A stretch of DNA of 64,000 nucleotides from Eledone cirrhosa (Eukaryota). The position numbers and the translations under genes are program-made. Each line of letters opens with the position of its first letter. Positions within the stretch are counted from its first letter, which is position 1. Of the stretch, positions 25,400-37,207 are shown in pieces. The notes beneath the pieces were generated by a model. It made no database searches. It had not been told where the DNA came from and saw only the letters and a list, made by a program, of their open reading frames with translations. The stretch covers positions 6,882,001 through 6,946,000 of the forward strand of contig OZ024743.1 in NCBI GenBank assembly GCA_964016885.1, written 5' to 3'.

Positions 25400-27104
25400 T
25401 CATCATCATCATCATCATCATCACCGTTTTACGTCCGTTCTTCCACGCTAGCATGGGTTAGACGGGTTGTCCTGTTGTGGGCAGTGTCTGGTCGGCTGAC
25501 CATGCCTTGCTCATACAGGAACTGATCTGGCTTGATTTCTACAGCTGGATGCCCTTCCTAACACCAACCTCATTTACAGTGAGTGCTGGGTGCTTTTTCG
25601 TGGCGCCTACACGTCCACTTTACAGTGTGGGCTGGGTGCTTTTTTGCCATGGCACCTCCACGACCACCTTGCGGTGGGGGGGGGGGGGGGCATATTGTTT
25701 ATATGCTTCAGCATGTACCCATGGGAGGTCGGGTACCCTGTATTACTGCGTGACGCCAGAAGTCACGGTCGTGTGTCATTGACTTTGAGAGGTGTAATTG
25801 GGTAAGGTCGGCTTTTATCACCTCATCCCAAGTCATCTTGGGTCTCCCCACTCCGCGGTTTCCATCAACTTCTAGTGCTCTGCACCTTTTTATGCAGCTG
25901 TCATCCTTCATACGCATCACATGTCCATACCAGCGTAACCGCCTCTCCTGCACGCAGCATTTGATTCCTCTTATGCTCAGTCTCTCTCTCAATTCCTTTA
26001 TGCTTTGTCGTTCACGTATATTACTGTTACACATCCATCGGAGCATGCAGGCTTCGTTTCTCTCTAATCTACGTAAGTCTTCCACCTTCAGCGCCCAGGT
26101 CTCACTACCATGCAACATCGCTGTTCGGATACACGCATCATACAGTCTGCCTTTCATTCTGAGGGAGAAGCCTTTTGCAGCTAGCAGTGGTAGTAGTTCC
26201 CTAAACTTCTTCCATCCCGTTCTTACCCTAGTTATTGTACTTTCTGAGCACCCACCTCCGTTGCTAATTCGGTCACCTAGGTAGCAGAAGCTGTCTACTG
26301 TTTCTACAGGGCCCTCCCAGAGATTGGTGGTACTTGTTTCCTGTGGCTGTTTGCTTGCTGTTTCAGCACAGCTGCTGCATGTGAATCCTACATTCTTAAT
26401 TAAGCTTCCTGAGATCCCGCTACATCTCTTGTGTACCCATTGCTTGCATTTGGGGCAGAGAATGGAGTTCCTACCTACACCTTTCCTACATACTGAGCAA
26501 GGCCATTTCCCTGAGGGGATCTGGGTTCTGTTTTCTCGTCTACTTATAAGGACCTTAGTCTTTGTCATGTTGACTTTGAGGCCCTTTCTCTCTAGTCCCT
26601 GCTTCCAGGTTTGGAATTTATTCTCTAGTTCTACCATAGATTCAGCTATGAGTGCGAGGTCATCAGCATACAGGAGTTCCCATGGGCATCCGGTCTTAAA
26701 CTCCTCCGTTATTGCCTGCAGGACTATGATGAACAGGAGAGGGCTAAGAACAGAGCCCTGGTGGACCCCAACCTGTACGCTAAATTCCTCGCTATACTCA
26801 TTGCCAATCCTAACTTTGCTGACTGCTCCCCTATACATGGCTTGTACCGCTTTCACAAGCCATTCATCTACTCCTAGTTTTCTAAGAGCCCACCAGATTA
26901 CTGCACGTGGAACTCTGTCAAAGGCTTTCTCAAGGTCGACAAATGCCAAGTAGAGTGGCTTACTTTTAGCTAGGTACTTTTCCTGTAATTGCCTCACAAG
27001 GAAGAGGGCATCAGTGGTGCCTTTCCCTGGTACAAACCCAAATTGCATCTCGTCTATATTCACCCGGTCCCTAATCAGCTGTGCTATAACTCTTTCTGTT
27101 ACTT
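25400..27104 (-). mobile_element. 5'-truncated RTE-clade LINE, copy 2 with open 451-aa RT C-terminal frame (in E2F intron 1)
   Basis: ORF 25708-27063 with YADD and RLRWYGHV motifs; near-identical to copy 1; (GAT)n tail. Confidence 0.95.
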
Positions 27105-30100
27105 ACACTGCAATCTGTTAGAGAATGCAGTAAAGACTGGCAGTGCAGTATGACAAACTGCAAAATAGGGTGTGTACCTGGCCTCTGCTTGAAGAGAAAT
27201 TCGATATATTTGTAAGCTGTTTACCCCATGTTCCAACTATATGTGAATTAAGTCAAGAGCCGGAAGCCTGTAATGTTGTGTCACAACCTGCTAAAAACAG
27301 CAGCTATATCACCTTAAAAATGGAAGGAAACAATGGACAGTGCAATCCTAAATACCTCTAAAAAGATAAGATTGTCACAACTAGAATGCTTTTGATTATA
27401 AGTCTGTTTGAACAGGGTTAAGTTGGAATTAAACAACAACTATATGTGAATAAATCTTTCACAAATGATGCTCAAACTCTAATGACAATTGGAACCAGTA
27501 TTAGGAAATATCATTTCTCACAATGAATACAAATGACAGCTAAATTCAAGCTGAACTTGTTATCCAACTAAATGAAAGGTGACTTTTAGATCAAAATTAG
27601 TTGGTCATCTGAAAGACCAATGCTATTGAATTAGCTAACGAATGACAATGTATTGGTGGCTCAATCAAAATTCAGTCTGATTCTCATCTCAAGAGGGTTG
27701 TTAAACTTGCACAATATATTGTTGAGCATTTTGAATAGAATAATAAGTGTAGTTATAACTAATATCTGCACATAAAAATGTAATTGTATATGCAAGTTAA
27801 GTGTGTGCACATCCAAGTTCTACGTGTGTATATGCAAGTTCTGTGAGTATATATGCATGCTCTGTATGTGATATATGTATGTATATACACGCGCTGTACG
27901 TGTATGTGTTGTGTGTGTATGCATGCTCCAAATGTGTATGTGGGCGAGCATACACATAAATATTGCAATATCCGTGTCCTTCAGGTAAATAAAATAATTA
28001 AAATAATCAATAAACTTTGATTTTTAAGGATCAAAATAATATTGGTTTATTTATCAGAATTACTACCTGATACTAAATTTAATTCCGAATGTTTTTAGTA
28101 TAAAACACTTAAACATCATTGACATCTTGGTTAAAACTACATCGCATAAAAAGAACAATTTTAATAAAATGCTAGTCTATCGGAAAGAAATATATTTTGT
28201 AAAACACTTTAAATAAATAAATAATACCAACCATCTCAAGAAAAGGATCTGTTTTAAAGATTTGGACACGCGGCCACAACTAAGCTGCCATGTGGGTGGT
28301 TTGTTCCGATATGCCGTCAATTCATTCAGTAAACAAGATTGGTATAGCAAAAATTTGAAATTATCTCCCTTGTCATTCATCCGAAGCAACACATGAAAAC
28401 TTTTAACTATTACCAACTACGATCATATAGAATCAAGGTGTCTACTAGAGTGTTCGCAGAAAGTTACTAAATTGAATTAACAAACCCGAAACGGTCGGGA
28501 AAATGATATTTTAGGCGAAAAATGTAATATTAAATCCTTAATTAACAAAGAAAATTATGAACTACAATAAATAATTTTTTTTAAATCATAATATATACAT
28601 TTATTTTTACTTATTATGTAGGATACCCAAATAATGATTCAGATCATCTTCGACTGATGTTCTATAATAGAATTACAAATTAACAATATTTATAACAGCT
28701 CCAAATTACGAACCACTTTCTAAGATTGTTTAAAAATAAAGAAGTGTAAAGCACGCACGGATACAATAATGTTCGCCATCATTATTTCAAGCAAAGGAAA
28801 TCATAAGTTTTTACACACAACCTAAATTGATTACAAAAATAAGTGCGATAACTAATAGAGGTTGATTTTAAAGTTTTGTATACAATGGTAAAAAAATTAA
28901 AGAAATCAAATGCTTAAATTTTCTTTCTCGCCGGAGTGTTAAATTTTTAAAAAGGTAGTTTTTAGTTATGTCCCTTTATATTCCGAATGTAAATGCCATC
29001 GAGATCGACAAAACCGATCAAGTTTGCCCAAGTCATAAATAATAAAGTAAAAACAACGAAAATCGATAGCGCATTAAGTGATCTATTTTCTATATTAAAT
29101 CAATATTAATCGGTATATTCGATGATTGAGAGCAACATAATATTTAATGGATTAAAATAATAAATCTCAATATATTTCAGAATAATATTCGATAATATTA
29201 TATTTAATATGATGATGTATTATTATGAAATGAAGGTCGTGATGTACTTCACTGAGCAAACAAACAAGAGATAACACAATTTATGATAAAAAATAATAAT
29301 AATAAAGCGGCACACATAATAGAAAATATATCTATTGTAACAAAGTCCTCTAAACTATTTTACACTCGTATATCACTTTTTTAAAAACTATAATCCCATA
29401 TATTCGCCGTCATTCTAATATCAGGTAAGTAGGGATAAGACAATACTTTGTTGAGACGGAAACGTGTCTAAAGTTATCACCTACACAAAGATCAGATGCA
29501 CTCTAATTCAATTTTTAATCAATTTGAATTTCGGAATTGTTTCCTTTGCTTTTGACAAGATTTATTAATGTTATTGATTTTTCTTTTCATTACGAGTATA
29601 ATCTGTTTTGATTAAGGTGTGTGTATGTGCGAAGGGATTCATTAAGTATGCAGGCTTCACTAAAGTATATCTCATTCTTGATTCGGATATATATGATGAA
29701 CCTAATTAGACTGTTTTTTGCATCTCTGTCTTGCTTATGCTTTAGCTATATATATATATATGTGGGGGGGGGGGGTAGAAATAAGCTATTGTAACATGAA
29801 AGGATCAGTCCATATATCATCAATATGTCAATGAAATAGTCACATTACACGTTAATTCGACGAGGCTGCAGTCGAATGAACTTGGATGTTCTATGCTGTT
29901 CTCGATTGGGGTCTATCACCATCACCATATAATATATGATTCAGTTATTAAATACTATAGTCTTACACGTGTTTCAGTGTGTTACGTAACAGCATATGAA
30001 ATCTGTATTATTCCACATAACAGCTATTACACTTGGATTTTCCATCAATTGTATAAAAAAATAATTAAGCCAGAAACTTTAATTAGCAACAGAGTGAATC

Positions 30101-30190
30101 TTCTCAAGCAAATGAATAAATAAACTAGAATATGCATCGAGGACTTTTATTTTGCTTACACAATTCAATTGTGTGTACATGAATGCTTAA

Positions 30191-30594
30191 CCCTTTCATT
30201 GCTGTATTTCTAATCTAAATACTTTGTATTTTAATTAATTAACCCTTTAGCATTTAAACCAGCTGTATCCGGCTAGAATTCTCACCTCTTTCTGTCCAAA
30301 CCGGGTGTAACCAGCCACTCATACCAACGTTAAGATATTGTTCTCAAAATCTCAGATTCGATATTATGTGAGGTAAAGCCTTTACTGTGAAAATATAACA
30401 GTAAATATAGAATAATGTAAATGCTAAAGGGTTAATGAAATATTTGAGAATTTACTAAAATAAAAAGTTCATTAAGATGGTATTTGTAACATAAATGTTC
30501 TTATATAAAATTACATTAAGATAGGGACTCTTTAAAATGGGTGGTTTTGTTTCATAGAAAACAAACAGTTTGGGGTGTGTTAATATCAAAAATA
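30191..30594. mobile_element. piggyBac-type MITE family B with a family A copy (30243-30431) nested at an internal TTAA
   Basis: Host matches the uninterrupted copy at 11546-11771; the insert is flanked by a duplicated TTAA. Confidence 0.85.
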
Positions 30595-31783
30595 TTAATA
30601 TTCATTTGTTGATGTTAACATGGAGAAAGGAAAGGAAATAATTATTTTATATTTGAGTACCTTTACAAATACCAACTACTTGACCTTCAAAAAAGAATTT
30701 ATTGCCTCAAAACAATAGTTGAAGTATAGTTTAAATACTTCATCATATTGTCAGTAGTCTAGCACAATAACCAGTCATTATGTTAACACATTACTAACAT
30801 CTGTTTTTACATATACACATTGTAAATTTAAATCTATTGAAACAACACTGGTACTTAATCCACCCAGCCTTCTTTCACCTACAAAGTATAGCAGCAATTC
30901 TTTAAAATATCACTACCAAAGTGACCTTGTCCAATATTTAGGCAAAGATTAAGCAGGAATTCAATACTGTAGTTATAGCTATCAACTGAAACATAAGAGC
31001 TATAGGATCTCTGTCAGATACTTGAATATGCTCAGATCACCTGCTGAAATAATAATTTAGTGTGGTATAATTTGTACAAACAGCTGAGCTAATAATTTTA
31101 TAAGATGGAATAAGTTCAAGGAATTGCTACATCTGTATGGGTATTGAATGCAGATGTTCAATCGCAATCGGAGAGATAATATTGGATAAGGTGAGAAAAT
31201 GAGACAACTCTTTTCTAAACATTTATTAATGAATACTGCATACTGTCAAACGCACCACCCACTGTATAAATAGACTAAATAAAAGTCATTAAAATAAACA
31301 TAAGATTATCAACTTTTACAAATGAGACAAGATTTAAAAAATCATGGTTAGATAAATCGTGTCTCCATGGATATTAAAGCAGTGATTATGTTCACATATC
31401 AAACTGAGTCAACTTTCAGAAAACATTTGACTTGATATCTCTTAATTGTTGTTATTGAGAAACCTAAGAACAAATACATTATAGTTGTAACCATACAAGT
31501 TTGTTAATTAGATGACGACTATCTAAATGTGCCTGTGTGCACATGTGATAGTATGTGCAAGTGTGGGGATATGTTAATGTGTTCATTATATTTGCGAAAG
31601 TTGGTTTGAACTCAATAAATGTGGATGATTAGTAGGAAAGGTTGAGTGAGAAACATGGGGGGGGGGGGGGTGATGGGCGGAGCAATACAAGGAAGACAAA
31701 GAGAAGATAATCAGACAGAAACAGATACATAGAGATCGTCAACTATAAAGAGATGTAAAGACAAATGACGAGAGGGTTTAGAT

Positions 31784-31881
31784 CAATCATGGGCAAACTG
31801 TTTTGGCTTGAATGTTTTAGTAGTGTGCTCCAGCTTATGATGAGCCATATCCTATGTGGTTTGAAAAAAGTTCCATGTCTG
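31784..31881. mobile_element. Small degenerate hAT MITE
   Basis: CAATCATGGGCAAAC...GTTCCATGTCTG with flanks GTTTAGAT / GTTTAGAG. Confidence 0.5.
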
Positions 31882-32020
31882 GTTTAGAGACATACAATGA
31901 AACAGAAGTCACTGTGATGTAACATAATCGGTGTTTCTTCTCACTCTCAGAGCATTGTGCAGGTATCTTTCTTCACATATATATAAAATCCACACACACA
32001 CATACATGATTCTTGATGTA

Positions 32021-32095
32021 TTGGGTTGTAACATAAATTCCCGCCGCTTTTGAAAACAAATTATAACAACGGCGGGAATTTATGTTACAACCCAA
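32021..32095. mobile_element. 75-bp mariner-type MITE (MADE-like architecture)
   Basis: Perfect 26-bp TIRs TTGGGTTGTAACATAAATTCCCGCCG, TA on both flanks. Confidence 0.9.
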
Positions 32096-35000
32096 TATAC
32101 CGGGAGGTGACCAGTTAAAAAAAAGGTACTCAGTACGTTAGCAGTGTATAGGCATATTTATTTTATTATAGTAATGACTTCTACAAGACTAGATCTGTTC
32201 ATTCGGGACTTTCCTGATGATTTCTTATGAAAGTCTCTAACAGGAAGGTGATCAATATTTCCAAGGCCATTATGCATACAATGCTTTGAATGAGGCACAT
32301 TGCCTAAGAAAAAGCCGCGGGAACTGGAGTTATCTCCCTTACATTGGTTAATACAATTCAATACAGAACCAGACGTTTTCCAGTGTTTCAAAAATATATC
32401 CCAACAACGTAAGATGCAGGGGCTCAGCTCGTGTGTATGAACACACACACACACGGGGTTAAAGCCTTGCCTTTTATCCTTATGGGATCGATTAACAAAA
32501 TAAAGCACCCGTAACGAACTGGAGTCGATTTCATCGACTTTCTTCTCCCACTTCAAATTGTTGGCCCTGTGTCAAAAGTAGAAACTATTACTATTATCTT
32601 TGCCTTTCATCCTTACGGGGTCGATAAAATAAAGTACCAGTAATGCACTGGGAAATTTGCTGGCCTTGTGCCAAAAAGTAGAAACAACTATTTTAAAAAT
32701 ATCTTTTCAGTAACTTCAACTCAAAGAATGTGTAAATTAATGTGTATTATATATATACAACAACTATAGCTCGGCTAAAACCTGAAAAATAGTTAACGCG
32801 ATATAAGTTGTCAACAGATGTTAACTTTGTAACATCTGTTTTCATGACCTTTACGATTTCCATATTAAAAATACTGTGCAAATGATAGCAAAGAAATGGC
32901 ACTAACTTTATTGAAGAGAATATTAAATAGATCAAATAGATATCATTATAACATTACCATTACTGTATATGCACACCAAAAATTACACTTGGTCATTAAA
33001 TCAATACTTTCACGGTCTAAATCTTTCCTTTAAGCCACTGATGTGACTGAAACGTTGAAAATTTATATATAAGTGCTTGGTAACAATAAAGAAATAAAGT
33101 GGAACTTCAGTTCACGATCAAGCTTTCCGAACATAAAACGTCTCGGTTGACGAGCTGTATTGCGATGGTGATATCTATCTAATTTTTACACACTGTCCCT
33201 CTCTCAACATTGTTTATGGGCAGAATAGTTTCGGTTTACGAACAGTTCAGGAATCAATTAAGTTTGTAAACCGTGGTTCCACTATAAAGAAATTACAGGG
33301 GAAAGAAGCCCTGCTTAAAAGAAAATATAAGTTGTTTCCCTTTATCATTAATTTACACACATATACAAACTTACTATCACCGTTTTGACGGGCTGTCACG
33401 TTGTGAGGCTAGACAAGTCAGGTGACTTCGTCTTGCTCATACGTACGGTTTGGGGTTTGGTTTCTGGATCTTTCGTTCGACAAAGAAACTTGTTTAATAT
33501 GCCCTATATTGCGATTTTGATACCTAATTACAACTCAGTGGACTTGGTCATTTGAGAGTTTGGATCAGTAACAATGAATAGTGCTGGTAAAGGGATACAA
33601 AACACGGATAGTCCAAACCCTTTTGATACTAACCCGACCCAATTCTCTGACAGACCTTTTAAAATATAATTAAATAAAATATTATGGAAGTTTATTTTTG
33701 TTAAACTCTGTATTAAACTCCAGCTCGATTATATCACTTTTCTACCATGACACATCTTGTCACATTGCCCATGCCGCTTTCCTTCTCTACCAACTTGTTT
33801 CACATTCAAATCATACTCTCTCCTCCAAATCACGTTTGCCTTGAAAGAGGGGAGACTACATAGTTGGAGAGATCCCTTAAGTTTTGCAGTGAAAAGACAT
33901 CTCTAGTGTTGGTGTCATGATAAAATGCACTCAGTAGTGTAAAGTGGGTGATGAGTGAATAGAGAGAATGTAGGAAATGGATTCTTCAGTCTTGTCAAAG
34001 TCGTGGCAACCTCTCTAGCGCTGGTAAAACGGTTGAAGCACTTGCAAAGTGTCAAGAGTTTAATATCTAGTTTATAATAGAGAGGTATAGATATATGGTC
34101 AAGTTACACATATCTAGCATTACACTGATGTGGATAGAATTTTCCAGTGTATTAGTAAGAATCTTTCGCTGTGGACACCTATTGAAAAGTCAGCTTTGGT
34201 CCTTGGATACGTTTAAGAAACTCTATTCTAGCAATTCAAGCCAAATTTCCAATATGAGGACACTTTTATCCCTTACTCCCACCAATTTCAGGAGTCCTGA
34301 AAAAGATAAAGGGTGTTGCCCTGTCTCCTGATGAGACATAAATATGTGTCTATAATAGAATCAGAGCCTGGCGGCTGAGCTCAACAGCAAATATATATTA
34401 TAGGCACATGTATGGCAGTAAGGTTAAGGTTTTCTATAACTAAACGCCCTCCCTAAGATCAACCCATACATTATTGTTTTTGTTATATATTACTTAAGTT
34501 TATCAGGTACACAAACGTTAAACCATGGGGTTTTTTGAGGGGGGGGGGGGGGGATATTGATATGCACACACCTACAGAATCCACCAACCAAATTCACTCC
34601 TAAGGCATTAATTGGTCTGAAGCTACAGTAGAAGACAACTGTCCTGGAGCTGCAAAGCAAATTTCTTAACCAAAGTCATGCGTCTGTGCGCACAGGACAC
34701 TGAACAACTGTCTTCTACTATAAACATGGTTTAACCCATGCTCCATATCAGTGAGTTTGGTAGACAGAAATGATGAGCAAGCATGTCGTATTTTTCGGAG
34801 TTGTCTAATAAGCATCCACCACTCCACGATGTATTGACTTTCTGTTAGAGTATATACGCTGCCAGCAAAACAGAAAGAATTAAATGGTAATACAAATTCC
34901 GATATGATCCTATTTAAGAGTCCCAAGTGAAATTTCCCGACGGTAATTCTAAAACTAAAACGTAAACAAATAACGGAACGAAATTGTAATCTTACTAGAG

Positions 35001-35718
35001 CGATCTTTCGTAAATGGTAAATAATGAACACACACACGTGTTTTGCTATTTCGTTATGCACTGTGCATATATGTCGATTTCACTGCGTACATTCCATCCA
35101 CCACCTACGAAGATCGCCATAATTTTCTTTAGACATTATCAAACAATTTAAACATTTTCTTTTACTAATAAATTATGGATTTACATATACAAATTCGTGC
35201 CTGCAGATACGTGGAAAAGATAGTGTTGCCATATTTCCTTTTCATTCGGAATTAACATATACAAAATAATGAGGCACTTTTTTTTTTTCGATTCCTGTCT
35301 ACCTAAAACGAAGGAACGACTATATATAATATATATATATAAACCACAAAGTTATAACTTGTTGGTGAAACCAAATACTATTCTGTCTGTAAAACACAAC
35401 CGGGTTATGTATTATAAGTATTTAGGCAAAACTATGTCGTTCCCCACCACGACTTTGTTACTTCATATCTTTCTTAATAATGCATATTTTAAATGAAATA
35501 TTGCAGAGTTACTTCCCGAATAAGATCAAATGTTTTTTAAATGATTTAATTGTTTTAGAGTTTCATTACTGTATATCTCTCGTTCGTTAATGCTATCATT
35601 ACTTTCTATCTGTATACGTTAACTCCGGAACTTTTTATCATGCTTTCCAATTGAGTAATGAATTGCTAAAAATAAAGAAATTTCAATTTCATCCACACCT
35701 TTCAAAATGCATATCTGC

Positions 35719-35885
35719 AAAAATATGCATTATTAAGACAGTCATGAAGAAACAGAACAGGAAACACTTAATTGCAGTTATGCTTATATATATAAGCATA
35801 ACTGCAATATATATATAGGCATAACTGTAGTTTAGTGTATTCCATTCTTTGTTTTTTCATAACTGTCTCAATAATGCATATTTTT
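35719..35885. repeat. Fold-back element with a perfect internal 38-bp palindrome
   Basis: Imperfect arms of about 70 nt; ATTGCAGTTATGCTTATATATATAAGCATAACTGCAAT at 35771-35808. Confidence 0.88.
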
Positions 35886-36582
35886 TAATGGAATTGTGTA
35901 GTATATACACACATATTTATATATATATACTCACACACAGACACACACATATATATATATATATAATACGAAAAGTCTTGATAATGATCAAACTGGAGCA
36001 CAGTCTGTTTTCAGTATAACGTTTGAAAGAAAAGCTGTTCCCTACTTATACATATATGAGGTCAGTTGCAAAGCGGATGTGAAATGTCTTTACTGAAATT
36101 ATGGTGAACTAAAAGCTCCTGCATTCTCCCTTACATATTCTTATTTATATGATAAAGAAAGAATAAATTATAGCTTGCAGCTTCCAAATCAAATAGATTA
36201 GTGATAGTTAGAACTTGTAAAACATTCTCCATTTGAATTTTCCTGAAATGAACTAATGTGCATATGCCATACACGCAGTCGTCACCTACATATATATGCA
36301 CACATTCAGAAATACCAGGAAAGATCTTTACTCAAAGTAACCTGGTTACTTTGTAAGTGACCAGCTTCAATTCTACAAAGAATATATGTGCACATACATA
36401 TATAGTTAGATAGATTTATATATATATAGAGAGAGAGATGTATTTAGCTTCTTCAACAAAGAAAACAAAATAGGCTCTCTGGTAGAGAGCATAATATGAT
36501 AAACACCGACATTTTGGGACAAAACAAAGAGAAGATACGATTGCATAATATGACAGTTTGCTTGGGTGCAAAATGGTGTTAC

Positions 36583-36855
36583 CTGTGGCCTGCCTAAAAC
36601 TGGTTTAACATCTGGAAAATCCGTAAAGAACGTTGATGCTGTACTGTTATTTGGCGTGTGTCCTTCAAACTGAATAGAAGTTTGATCAAAATGCTGATGA
36701 AAGAAATCTTTACTCTGACTACCAATACTTGTATGATTCGGTTGACGGTAGATACTGGTTAAATTCATGATCTGAGGCGATTCTGGTTTAATACAACTTG
36801 GATCCCTTTTGTTTATATAATGTCGTCCTTTAGTTAGGGTCGTTCCACGAGGCAT
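36583..36855 (-). CDS. E2F3: E2F transcription factor (activator class, E2F1/2/3-like), coding exon 1 of 9
   Basis: MPRGTT...VLGRPQ ends at donor CAG|GTAACA (phase 0). Joined to exon 2 it gives GRPQAKRKLELE, matching the E2F1-3 cyclin A-binding/NLS motif GRPPAKRRLEL. Confidence 0.85.
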
Positions 36856-37161
36856 TTTTACAGTAGAAATATTTATGTATAAATGAAAAAAATGTTCACG
36901 AAAATTTAGGACAAATACGTTCTTTAATTAAGCACTTATCGGATATAGCTTTCTCAGTCAAATTTCAAATAAGCAAATAGAAACTTTTAAATATAAATAT
37001 TTTAAAATATGTATTTAAATTAATTTAGAATAAATAGTTTATCGATTTTGACAATTTCTTAGCAACTAAATGGCATTTAGATACAAGATGATTCACGATA
37101 ACTTATCACAGTCAATAAAAGGAACGTAATGGTAGCATAAAGAGCTGACAACAAAGCTACA

Positions 37162-37207
37162 TTTGAAATGGCGCGAAATCATATTTCCCGCGATTTGACA
37201 TCACGTG
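37162..37207 (-). promoter_or_regulatory. E2F gene proximal promoter cluster: CHR-like TTTGAA, two E2F sites, E-box
   Basis: TTTGAA 37162-37167, GGCGCGAAA 37170-37178, TTTCCCGCG 37184-37192, CACGTG 37202-37207, about 310-350 nt upstream of the ATG. Confidence 0.75.

Noticed and set aside
34323-34368. Second hammerhead (CTGATGA-GACA...TGTC)
   Set aside because: The GAAA core is replaced by TATA and stems I and III are not convincing; at best a dead relic.
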